Origin: an uncultured Candidatus Saccharibacteria bacterium
Lineage (GTDB): Bacteria; Patescibacteriota; Minisyncoccia; UBA6257; Colwellbacteraceae
Direction of reading: 5' to 3'
Length of the DNA: 62,379 nucleotides
Assembly (NCBI GenBank): GCA_964601595.1
Contig: CAZRNY010000002.1
Location: forward strand, 1-62,379
Positions 1-8,434 of the stretch are shown one piece after another. The notes under the pieces are model-generated. The model was given only the letters and a program-made list of their open reading frames with translations. It had not been told where the DNA came from and ran no database searches. Within the stretch, counting starts at the first letter, position 1. The number at the start of each line of letters is the position of its first letter. The translations under genes and the position numbers were made by a program.

Positions 1-2
1 TT

Positions 3-869
3 ATGGTATTTAGGAAAAAAGATCCTATACCTCAAGTACCGAGTCATATGAAACCAAGACAGGCTAGAATATTCGATTTTCCGCAAGGAGGAGAAAATAG
101 AGTGGACACTAGGAAGAGGATTCTTATCGTCTTCCTGATTATAGTCGCTCTCATTGTGCTCGCTTCCGCTGCGTGGATCATGAGGAGCTACGTTGTTAGC
201 CCTACTGATCCGGTAATCGATAACCCTGTTGTCGTCGAACCGAACAACAACTCTAATCCGGCCGTCGTTCCTACAACCGAACCACAACCGACAACAGAGC
301 CAACAGTTCAACCGACTACGGAACCTACAACTCAGCCGACGACTCAACCGACAACCAAGCCAGCAGAAGAAACTGTCCAACCTATTCCAATCGCAAGCAA
401 CTTTATTTTTACAGAGAAGGATTGGGAGAAAGTTTCAGTAAACTTCAAGGTAAGCGGAGAAAGATCTCCTGGATTTGCAGTAAGTCTTTTGAAAGGAGAT
501 ACGGTTTATGCTCCTTTTGATGGGTATATTCAAAAGATTATCTCTGGGGAAGGAGAGGCAAGAGTAATAGTAATTAAGATTACTACAGATCCTGATTGGA
601 CATTGGATAAGAATAGCGGAGCCGATGTTTCTGGACACTACTCTTTTTCTTTCGCAGCAAAATCCATTGATCTCATTGCTAACGGCCAAGTGAAAAAAGG
701 AGATCCTTTGTTTAAGATGGCTTCAGATACCGTTATATGGAGCCAATACTTTAAAGGGGATCATTCCTTATATGTATATCTTGGCGGACCATGGGGAGAG
801 ATAACTAATCCCTCAGAAAATCCAAAAGAATATCTCGGCCAGATTATGGCAATAGTTGAAACGGAGTGA
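3..869 (+). CDS. membrane-anchored surface protein with a Pro/Thr-rich stalk and conserved C-terminal domain (local paralog 1)
   Basis: ORF starts at ATG 3 and might extend upstream of the window. It has one N-terminal TM helix (ILIVFLIIVALIVLASAAWIM) and a TEPTTQP-type linker at nt ~270-365. The C-terminal domain has 'VYAPFDGYI...GQVKKGDPLF', a barrel-sandwich/lipoyl-like hybrid pattern, and is shared with ORF 980-1681. Confidence 0.7.
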   Translation: MVFRKKDPIPQVPSHMKPRQARIFDFPQGGENRVDTRKRILIVFLIIVALIVLASAAWIMRSYVVSPTDPVIDNPVVVEPNNNSNPAVVPTTEPQPTTEPTVQPTTEPTTQPTTQPTTKPAEETVQPIPIASNFIFTEKDWEKVSVNFKVSGERSPGFAVSLLKGDTVYAPFDGYIQKIISGEGEARVIVIKITTDPDWTLDKNSGADVSGHYSFSFAAKSIDLIANGQVKKGDPLFKMASDTVIWSQYFKGDHSLYVYLGGPWGEITNPSENPKEYLGQIMAIVETE

Positions 870-979
870 CGCGGATGATGATTGGTACGACTCGACATGT
901 TCTTTTCGCCCGCCGTTATAACCGGCGGGTGAATTGTTTCCACATCCTTTGATATAGCAAAGATGTTATCATTATTCTT

Positions 980-1681
980 ATGAAGGCGAGGTCAATATTG
1001 ATCATCTCGGGAGCTGTTGTGCTAGCTCTTATTATCGGGCTAGTAATATACCTCGCGGCAAGCAGGCCGGAGGCGCTCCTCACAAATGTTTTTAACGGTT
1101 CCAATTTAAATAATAACGAGCCGATTAGCGGAGAAAACGGAAACAATCAATCCGTTGTCGAAGGGGAGGTAAACGAGCTTGGTATTCCTTCTGTTGTGAA
1201 GGAAGAAGTCGGCTGGTGTTTGTTTCTGAGTGAAAAAAAATGTGGTCTTCTTTCTGTTGCTTATGAAATATCAGGAAAAAGAAGAGCTGGTCTTGTGGGT
1301 AACTTGCCAGAAAAGGTAGTAGTTTATGCTCCTTTTGATGGGTATATTCATAGAATATGGTCTGGTTCTGGCAATGAAAAAGCATCTGTTATAAAAATAA
1401 CCACTGATCCTAAGTGGTCTTTAGAAAAAAATAATGGAGCTGATGCCTCTGGGTATTATTCTTTCTCTTTTGCGGCAGAATCAGTAGATTTACTAATAAA
1501 CGGGCAAGTTAAGAAAGGCGATCCTATATTTAGGATATCTTCTAGTGATACTGTATGGAAACAGTACCTAAAAGGGAATAATAATTTGTATATATATCTT
1601 GGCGGACCATGGGGAGAGATAACTAATCCCTCAGAAAATCCAAAAGAATATCTCGGCCAGATTATGGAAGTTATGAAATAA
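980..1681 (+). CDS. membrane-anchored surface protein, paralog 2 of ORF 3-869 (no PT stalk)
   Basis: N-terminal TM helix. The C-terminal domain aligns with ORF 3-869 ('VYAPFDGYIH', 'ITTDPKW', 'GQVKKGDPIF', 'YLGGPWGEITNPSENPKEYLGQIM'). Its stop lies 1 nt before the next gene's start. Confidence 0.75.
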   Translation: MKARSILIISGAVVLALIIGLVIYLAASRPEALLTNVFNGSNLNNNEPISGENGNNQSVVEGEVNELGIPSVVKEEVGWCLFLSEKKCGLLSVAYEISGKRRAGLVGNLPEKVVVYAPFDGYIHRIWSGSGNEKASVIKITTDPKWSLEKNNGADASGYYSFSFAAESVDLLINGQVKKGDPIFRISSSDTVWKQYLKGNNNLYIYLGGPWGEITNPSENPKEYLGQIMEVMK

Positions 1682-1682
1682 G

Positions 1683-4367
1683 ATGAAAAAAATATTATTT
1701 TTCCTAGTTTCTTTCATCGCTCTCTTTATACTTTTCCCTTCGGTAGCTGATGCTGCTTGTTATAGAGCGACTCAGCAGTGTAATAACGGACCATCAAGGA
1801 CTGATTCGGGTGGTTGCGGAACCGCTTGCGGATCAATGTGTGATGATACAACTTTCACTTATGACGCGGAAGGAGCAGATGACTGTAGGGTAACAGCTGC
1901 AAGTACTGTTGCTTGGAAAAAATACGAAGGAAGGAGATATGCTTGCTCTGGTTATTGCGATTTCGGAAATCCTACAGGAACTTGTTATACCTACTCTTTC
2001 ACTTTCGTTATTCTCGATGAAGTCTGTTCTACTGCAGATAAGCACTATCCGAATAGGTCATCTAATAAATCTAATCTTTATGCTGGATATTGTGATTGCG
2101 GAAGCGTAAGTGATAATCCTTATAAAGCCTGTTGCGTAGTCAATTCGGATGAAACAAGGAGTCCGGTCGATGCCATTACTTTCGATTATATGAACGATGG
2201 ATATGAGCCGCCGGAAGGAAATTGTCCTTCGGGATCACAGGTAGTCGTCGGGTCATTTTGTCCGCAGCCGCCGACTGTGAGCGTAGCTTCGGCCTGTACT
2301 TCTACCGGAGTGCCGGTAGTCAGATGGTCTTCTAATGGAGATAGGTGTACTTCGAATAATCTCTCTACCGGAGATGCTGCTAATAATACGATCGGTGTTC
2401 CCGCGACTGTCGGCAGAACATATACGATTACTTGTTATAACGATTACTATTATTATAGGCCTGATTATTCCGGAGGAAGGAGAACTGATTCCGCTTCCGC
2501 TTCCGCTTCGGTAACGGTTGCGGCTTGCACGAATTGTCCTTCGCCAGCTATCTGCTACTCGAGATATACGCCAAGTCAGACGACCTGTGCCGGGTTCAAT
2601 AAGAGTGGTCTGACACTTACCGATGGAACGCAATATTCTTCGGTCTATCTTTCAAGAGGATCAGGAAGCGATCCATGCGGAGCTGGAAATACTAATATCT
2701 GCTGTTTAGTTACTTATGAATGCGGAAGATGTTCTACTAACCCGGGGCAGGAAACGAACTGGATAGATTGGACCGACGCGAACGCAGACGGAACGATCTG
2801 TAACGACTACAACAATAATCGAAGGACTTCCGCTAACGATTCTCGTTGCACAGCGACTCGCTACTATGCCTGTAACGCCTCTAACTCATGCGCTCAGGTT
2901 TCCGCTTCGGATGCTACAAGATGTGCGGCCGGACAGAATACGGCAGCGGGAAGATCATGCTTCACTACGGCGAACTGCAACAATACCTGCGCTGCTTCTT
3001 CATTCTCCGTTTCCCTTACCGCTTCGCCGAACCCGATCAATTCGGGAGGATCTTCTACTCTTTCGTGGACGAGTGTCGGTGCTGTATCTTGCTCTCTTAA
3101 TCAGGGGATAGGATCGGTTCTTACTTCTTCGTCGAGATCGGTTTCGCCTTCATCGACGACGACCTATACGATTACTTGTACCAACTCTTCTGGATTAACG
3201 ACTGCTTCTTCGGCAACGGTTACCGTCAATGCGACCGCAGGGTGCTACTCGGGACCGAGAGCGGTTTCTGCTGATATATCGGCAACCAGAGATTGTCTTC
3301 CGGAACAGCCGGGACAGATAGTCGATACGAGACTTAATTGGTCCGGATCGGTATCTAATGTCTGCGGATCGGTCATCGGCGGAGGAAGTCCTTCAAACTA
3401 CTCGATATCCTGCTCTAACTCTTCGAGTAACTGGTCCGGTTCAGGATCCGGAAGCTCGTCGGTATCAGGAAACTATAATCTGAACGGCGTATCGCAGACT
3501 CAGGATTATTCGCTTAGCTGTTCGAGAAGCGACTATACTTGTTCGAGCAGTCAGACATTCTCGAGTCATGACAACCAGAATGATGAGAGATGTACTTCGA
3601 GCTGCACAAGCCTAAAGTCTTCATATCCGGCAATAAGCTCATGCAGTTGTTCTCAAGGAAGCTGTGTGGAGCGCTGGAGCGATGAAGCTCATTGTACCCA
3701 ACATGCTTGCGGATCAACTCACGAAGTCTGTGATTCGCGCTGTGTCGGATGGTCTGATCCTGATCCGATTACCGGAGGAAGGACTTGCGAGGGCGGTTAT
3801 GAAGATTACAATTGTCGTGATGTCTGTAATTACGACGGACCTTGTATCGCTTGGTCGTGCCGCTACTATGCGGAAAACCAGTCGGTATCATCTAGCAATG
3901 TTTGCGGATCATCAGATTCTGATTCTCAGCAGGTAAGGTTTATCAAGAAGCCGGGAATACCTAATAACGATCTGACGACCAATCCGTTCAAAGCGCAGAT
4001 CCTTCTCAACCAACTCATCAACCTCGTGTGGAATGTATCAACTCCTAATTCTGGAGTTCCGACCACTCTTCGTTGTACACCGACTGTTCGTTCGGGAGGA
4101 GATGGGGAAGGATGGATCGGAGCACAGGATAGCCTCCAGTCGAACGGAACGAAGAGCGGTGCCTCGCCGAATAATACGACGACATATCGCTTGGATTGTA
4201 GAAACAGGGATAATATAAAGCCTAATACCTGTTACAACGATTCGGATAGGAAGGAATTCGAGGTAAAGGTCTTCGAGCCTACCATTGAGGAGAAATCGCC
4301 TACACTCAGGGAAATCTTCGGAAAGGTGTTCGGAGGACTTATATCTGATAAGTTCAAAAACTTCTAA
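1683..4367 (+). CDS. large secreted cysteine-rich surface protein with Ig-like modules
   Basis: Sec-type signal peptide (MKKILFFLVSFIALFILFPSVADA). Cys density is very high throughout. Three modules show the pattern '..LSW/VRW..C....TYTITC' (SSTLSWTSVGAVSC...TTTYTITC; VVRWSSNGDRC...RTYTITC; LVWNV..LRC...TTTYRLDC). The gene is tightly coupled to the upstream paralog. Confidence 0.8.
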   Translation: MKKILFFLVSFIALFILFPSVADAACYRATQQCNNGPSRTDSGGCGTACGSMCDDTTFTYDAEGADDCRVTAASTVAWKKYEGRRYACSGYCDFGNPTGTCYTYSFTFVILDEVCSTADKHYPNRSSNKSNLYAGYCDCGSVSDNPYKACCVVNSDETRSPVDAITFDYMNDGYEPPEGNCPSGSQVVVGSFCPQPPTVSVASACTSTGVPVVRWSSNGDRCTSNNLSTGDAANNTIGVPATVGRTYTITCYNDYYYYRPDYSGGRRTDSASASASVTVAACTNCPSPAICYSRYTPSQTTCAGFNKSGLTLTDGTQYSSVYLSRGSGSDPCGAGNTNICCLVTYECGRCSTNPGQETNWIDWTDANADGTICNDYNNNRRTSANDSRCTATRYYACNASNSCAQVSASDATRCAAGQNTAAGRSCFTTANCNNTCAASSFSVSLTASPNPINSGGSSTLSWTSVGAVSCSLNQGIGSVLTSSSRSVSPSSTTTYTITCTNSSGLTTASSATVTVNATAGCYSGPRAVSADISATRDCLPEQPGQIVDTRLNWSGSVSNVCGSVIGGGSPSNYSISCSNSSSNWSGSGSGSSSVSGNYNLNGVSQTQDYSLSCSRSDYTCSSSQTFSSHDNQNDERCTSSCTSLKSSYPAISSCSCSQGSCVERWSDEAHCTQHACGSTHEVCDSRCVGWSDPDPITGGRTCEGGYEDYNCRDVCNYDGPCIAWSCRYYAENQSVSSSNVCGSSDSDSQQVRFIKKPGIPNNDLTTNPFKAQILLNQLINLVWNVSTPNSGVPTTLRCTPTVRSGGDGEGWIGAQDSLQSNGTKSGASPNNTTTYRLDCRNRDNIKPNTCYNDSDRKEFEVKVFEPTIEEKSPTLREIFGKVFGGLISDKFKNF

Positions 4368-4379
4368 ACTAGAGAAAAA

Positions 4380-4428
4380 CCCGCTTTCTGTCATCCGCCA
4401 TTTGGCGGAGACGGAGGCGGGTTTTTTT
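4380..4428 (+). terminator. rho-independent terminator after the Cys-rich gene
   Basis: Compound GC stem 'cccgc..tccgcc attt ggcgga..gcggg' followed by T7. Confidence 0.7.
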
Positions 4429-4716
4429 GACAGTGTATGCGCTGAAGTGATCTAATTTACTCGATTCTTGGAGAATGTTTTTTAACAAGAAAATAAGGAT
4501 GAAAGGAGTAATGACATGAATGTAGCTGTTGTTAGTGTAAACTAATCGGTAAATCTCAAGAAAATATCTTCTTCCGTGATCAATCTTGTGAAGAACGCTG
4601 GTAAGAGAAACGACCTAGCTGGCTGACACGATGAACCAAGTCATGAACATTGGGGCGACGATGACTAAACTTGATCTTATTTATTAGGGGGATTTTCCCC
4701 CTAAATTTTTTAGGAG

Positions 4717-5799
4717 GTGATTAGATTGAAAAGAGGTATGAGCTTAATCGTCATGACATGTGCTAATTGCAATCTTGATTGTTCATATTGCTATATGAGA
4801 GCTTCCAGACAAAATGAAGGCGCCCTTAAAGAGGAAGATTTAGAATCAGTAATAAGGAATAGTTCTTTTGGATTCGACAGCGTGAGATTTCATTGGCATG
4901 GTGGAGAACCACTGCTTTCCGGAAAATCTTTTTATGAAGAAGCACTGCGAGTTCAGAAGGAGATTGCAAAAGAGCGATCAATTCTTTTTTCTAACAGGGT
5001 TCAAACAAACGGGACCCTTCTCACTCCTGAATTAGCGGATTTTTTTATAGGAAACGACTTTCATGTGGGGATCAGTCTTGATGGGCCAGAAGATGTATAT
5101 CCTCTTCATAGATTGACTGACATCGATCGAGCACTTCAAGCAATATCTCTATTAAGGGAGAGAAACGCTCCTGTGGGTGTCTTGTCAGTGATTAGTAAGC
5201 TGAATGTTTCCAGGGTTAGGGATATGTTCGATTTCTATAAGAGGATTGGTGTTGGCTCATTCGGGCTGCTTCCGCTAAAAGAAGTTCCGCTTGATAGTCT
5301 TCCATTGGTTCCTGATGAAGATGAGTTATTCGATTTCTTTAAAGAAATGCTTGATCTGTGGATGTATGAAGAAAATTCTTTTCATCATATCGATCCGATA
5401 AGCACTATGGTTGAAGGGATCGTAAGCGGTGTTCCTGCGTCGTGTTCATTTGCTGCTTCTTGTTTGGATCGGATGATGACCATTGATCAGAATGGGTACG
5501 CTGTTCCTTGCGCATCTCTTGTATCTCCGGAATTTATAGTAGGAGACATTAAAAAAGACCATTTGATCGATATTCTTGATAGCAAAAGAGCAAATGAGTT
5601 AAGGGCTGATCGGCTTTATGCTATTAAGAAGCATTGCGGTGATTGTGAATTCATTAGTATATGCAATGGCGGATGCCGAGCTGAGGCTTACTGGAGCACT
5701 GGAGATTATGGCGGAAAAACTCCTTTTTGCGGGGTAAGAAAAAGATTCTTCTCGCATATTCAGGATGTTGTTAAAAATCAGATCATGCCCCAGATCTGA
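4717..5799 (+). CDS. radical SAM/SPASM domain enzyme (anSME-like or peptide-maturase-like)
   Basis: CxxxCxxC cluster 'CNLDCSYC'; 'GGEPLL' and 'QTNGTLL' motifs; C-terminal SPASM Cys cluster 'CGDCEFISICNGGC'. The likely true start is TTG 4726, 8 nt after AGGAGG (4712-4717), or ATG 4738. Confidence 0.85.
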   Translation: MIRLKRGMSLIVMTCANCNLDCSYCYMRASRQNEGALKEEDLESVIRNSSFGFDSVRFHWHGGEPLLSGKSFYEEALRVQKEIAKERSILFSNRVQTNGTLLTPELADFFIGNDFHVGISLDGPEDVYPLHRLTDIDRALQAISLLRERNAPVGVLSVISKLNVSRVRDMFDFYKRIGVGSFGLLPLKEVPLDSLPLVPDEDELFDFFKEMLDLWMYEENSFHHIDPISTMVEGIVSGVPASCSFAASCLDRMMTIDQNGYAVPCASLVSPEFIVGDIKKDHLIDILDSKRANELRADRLYAIKKHCGDCEFISICNGGCRAEAYWSTGDYGGKTPFCGVRKRFFSHIQDVVKNQIMPQI

Positions 5800-5802
5800 A
5801 AA

Positions 5803-5828
5803 AGAGGCTCTTAGGCCTCTTTTTTTAT
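5803..5828. terminator. bidirectional hairpin between convergent genes
   Basis: Stem 'agaggc/gcctct' flanked by an A-run and a T-run. It overlaps the 3' end of the minus-strand gene. Confidence 0.55.
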
Positions 5829-6809
5829 GATTTCCTTTAATATTTTTGCTGTATTTTCGACGAATTTCTTATCAATGCTTTTTTTAGCCCGACCATAATG
5901 GGCAGCCATCGGATATATTTCCCATAGGAGGCGATCTTTGAGATTATCGACAGTTTTTTCGGAATAGGCACGATCGGCATTAAGAGTAAGGCAGTCAGCT
6001 ATTTCGTTCGGGTAATAGTTCTGCATAAGGAATCCTGCCGGGGCAAGGCTTTCGACAATAGATTCGTTAATCCAGACTGATGTCGGTTTTTCTCTTATTA
6101 TCTCTGGCATTCCATTTTTTTTGATTGCCTTTTTTATTTCTTTTGATAGGACTCCATCTTTTTCAAGCATTATATGAATAATCTCGTGAACGAGGACGCC
6201 AATGGAATATAACTTTACCCAGTTTGTACTGATTGTTTTTGGTAACTCTAATGTAACGGTTTTGTATCCTATAATTGCCGTTCCAGCAGCAGTATCTCCT
6301 TTTCGGGAGGGGGATATGATGACAGAAACCTTAATCTCCGAAGTTGTATCTTCGTTACAGATTACAGAGGCCCGATTGATTAGCTTTTTGAATGATTCTT
6401 TTTCTGTTTCGTTTTTTATCTTCTTAAGGGACGATAAAATATGTTTATCATAATGTTTCCATATCTGAGAGAATTTTGGCTCAAAAATATCGAATGTTTG
6501 TTTGAAAATTTCTAACTGTTTTTTATCGAGAAAATCCTTAGCTTTTTTAAAAGCTTCCCCTTCTTCTTTAGAAGTGAAGAAGGGGACTCCCGGAAAAACA
6601 GACTTTCCTTGCTTATCGTATTGGTATCCTTTCTCTTTAAGTGTGGTGGCAAATTTTTTAATAATTTTCTTTTCCTCGTTATTAAGCGGTCCGGTTATCT
6701 TTTCCCATTCTTTCGGATGTTTGGTTCTTGATGCAAAATGCCAGCTGACGAGGTTTTGGAGATAATAAAACTTGTTTGCCGGACGAGAGATAAAAAAATC
6801 TAGTTTCAT
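5811..6809 (-). CDS. HExxH protein, putative Zn-metallopeptidase-like (DUF2268-like by memory)
   Basis: 332-aa ORF with 'LVHEIIHIML' (HExxH) followed by 'NESIVESLAP'. No signal peptide is evident. The family assignment is tentative. Confidence 0.5.
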   Translation of the reverse strand: MKLDFFISRPANKFYYLQNLVSWHFASRTKHPKEWEKITGPLNNEEKKIIKKFATTLKEKGYQYDKQGKSVFPGVPFFTSKEEGEAFKKAKDFLDKKQLEIFKQTFDIFEPKFSQIWKHYDKHILSSLKKIKNETEKESFKKLINRASVICNEDTTSEIKVSVIISPSRKGDTAAGTAIIGYKTVTLELPKTISTNWVKLYSIGVLVHEIIHIMLEKDGVLSKEIKKAIKKNGMPEIIREKPTSVWINESIVESLAPAGFLMQNYYPNEIADCLTLNADRAYSEKTVDNLKDRLLWEIYPMAAHYGRAKKSIDKKFVENTAKILKEIIKKEA

Positions 6810-6925
6810 CGGTTAACATTATAATTTAAACATATATTCTTTATACGAAGAGGTTTGTTTGACAGAAGCCTAAAAACGTTTTATTTTTGAACTATCTTTA
6901 AGAATCAAATAAGGGGGAATATCTG

Positions 6926-7696
6926 ATGAAGATAAAGCAATGGATTCGGTTAGCGATACTGGCTCTCGTCATTTTTATGACAATATTTGTCATATACGAA
7001 AAAGTAAGGGAGAGTAACTTTCCAGAGGAGACTGAGAAGCAGATATTAACGACAGAAAGCGTGACACAACCGACAACAGAACCAACTACAGAACCTGAAC
7101 CAACAACGGAGCCAACAACAGAACCAACTACAGAGCCGGAACCAACTACGGAACCAATAGTTCAACCGACTACGGAACCAACAACAGAGCCTACAGCTCA
7201 ACCGACAGCAGAACCAAAGCCAACAGAAAACAGCGTAATAATCCCTAAGGAGAATATCTATATTGTAGAAAAGACTCTTTGGGAAAAGGCGAGACTGATG
7301 GTTTTAAATGATGGAACTGTTGTTGATGGCATAGTGTTTGATCTACCTGCTAACACAACGATTTACTCACCAGTCGATGATCTTAAGATAAGCGACTTCG
7401 GTAGTTTCGTTGCAGATGGCGGAGGAAGCTCTATGTCCGTTAAGTTAACCAAAGGTGATAAAATCGTTCTTCTTGTAGCAAAGGGGATCAAGTTTGCTCC
7501 AGACGTTAAAGCAGGAAGTGTCTTGGAAAAGGGACAGCCGATGATCGTCATCTTATCGGATGATGTCATAGGTAAAGGAGCTATCTCTGATCCAGGTAAC
7601 TTTGTCTTTGATTTCTCGACTAAGACTCCTTCCAAAGCTTTGGGGGGCGACTCAGCTTTGGAAACTATCACAAAGTTTTTCGATTCTTGGAAGTAA
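6926..7696 (+). CDS. membrane-anchored surface protein with a long TEPTT stalk (third PT-stalk protein)
   Basis: RBS 'aagggggaa'. N-terminal TM helix. Tandem TEPTTEPEPTTEP repeats at nt ~7064-7226 share a 21-mer with ORF 3-869. The C-terminal domain has a hybrid-barrel-like pattern ('IYSPVDD...GSVLEKGQPM'). Confidence 0.7.
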   Translation: MKIKQWIRLAILALVIFMTIFVIYEKVRESNFPEETEKQILTTESVTQPTTEPTTEPEPTTEPTTEPTTEPEPTTEPIVQPTTEPTTEPTAQPTAEPKPTENSVIIPKENIYIVEKTLWEKARLMVLNDGTVVDGIVFDLPANTTIYSPVDDLKISDFGSFVADGGGSSMSVKLTKGDKIVLLVAKGIKFAPDVKAGSVLEKGQPMIVILSDDVIGKGAISDPGNFVFDFSTKTPSKALGGDSALETITKFFDSWK

Positions 7697-7767
7697 AGGG
7701 GAGAGGGTATGGTACTGGTATCTAACAAAAAAAGTTCTTTGCGCACCCGTCTTCTAGGCGGGTGTTT

Positions 7768-8292
7768 TTATACCTTATAAAAATATACCGGAGGATATTT
7801 ATCTGTCTGAGGAAGAGTTATGTATGGATTTTTATTAGGAATGGGAAAAGCACAGGATATAACAACTGTTCCCTTTGTGGCTTTATTCCAGATGTGTTCG
7901 GCGATAGGGCTGATATTTTTCGGCATCATGAAAAAAAAGATGAAGTTTGCCGAAGATATATTTTCCTTAAAAAAATTACGAAGGGAAACTTTATAACTTC
8001 TCCTTTTCAATAATAAGAGACGGATATTCGTTATCGCCCAGGCAAAAGGGGAAAGCTCGAAGCCGACGGCCTTTATTCCATCGATAGCCGTTGCTTCGGA
8101 AAGCATCACTCCTGTTCCGGTTCCTAATTCGAAGAAACTATCACCTGGTTTTAATCCGGCCTTATCTAATATCTCTCTAGCTCTCTTTTTCTGAATCGAA
8201 ACAATGGGTGCTCCTATAATAGAGGCATAAATAGTGGGAATCAGGAGAACAAGGAGAACTGAATAGATGGCTAGTTCGATTATATTTGACAT
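7768..8292 (-). CDS. small class I SAM-dependent methyltransferase-like protein with an N-terminal TM helix
   Basis: Motif I 'FFELGTGTGVM' and an N-terminal hydrophobic helix. Confidence 0.5.
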   Translation of the reverse strand: MSNIIELAIYSVLLVLLIPTIYASIIGAPIVSIQKKRAREILDKAGLKPGDSFFELGTGTGVMLSEATAIDGIKAVGFELSPFAWAITNIRLLLLKRRSYKVSLRNFFKENISSANFIFFFMMPKNISPIAEHIWNKATKGTVVISCAFPIPNKNPYITLPQTDKYPPVYFYKV

Positions 8293-8362
8293 GTTACCAA
8301 TTTCATTTGAATATTAAATCAGTTATTTATATCTCAAATATAGCAGAAAGGAGGTGAATATC

Positions 8363-8434
8363 ATGGGACCGAAGAATTCCAGCAGTGCTTCAGAATATGT
8401 AAAGGGCTACGAAGATGGTAAAGATGATCGATGA
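8363..8434 (+). CDS. 23-aa mini-ORF (MGPKNSSSASEYVKGYEDGKDDR)
   Basis: AAGGAGG (8348-8354) lies 8 nt upstream of the ATG. A separate strong terminator hairpin with T-run follows at 8462-8489. The ORF is too short for the ORF track. Confidence 0.4.
   Translation: MGPKNSSSASEYVKGYEDGKDDR

Noticed and set aside
1233-1240. An A8 homopolymer inside the surface-protein paralog as a phase-variation switch.
   Set aside because: An equal A8 tract occurs in the housekeeping UDG gene (19751-19758). The tract length is therefore ordinary for this AT-rich genome and is not evidence of contingency-locus behaviour.
500-1681. Diversity-generating retroelement (TR/VR pair), suggested by the identical 3' block of two paralogous C-terminal regions.
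   Set aside because: Differences between the two copies are not confined to adenine positions. Both copies lie in intact paralogous genes, and no reverse transcriptase or accessory gene is in the window. Gene conversion between paralogs is the simpler explanation.
7064-7226. Short tandem repeats that might resemble a repeat-spacer (CRISPR-like) array. The same applies to 270-365.
   Set aside because: They are in-frame 12/24-nt imperfect tandem repeats encoding TEPTT/EPEPTT linkers inside ORFs. There are no unique spacers and no cas genes.
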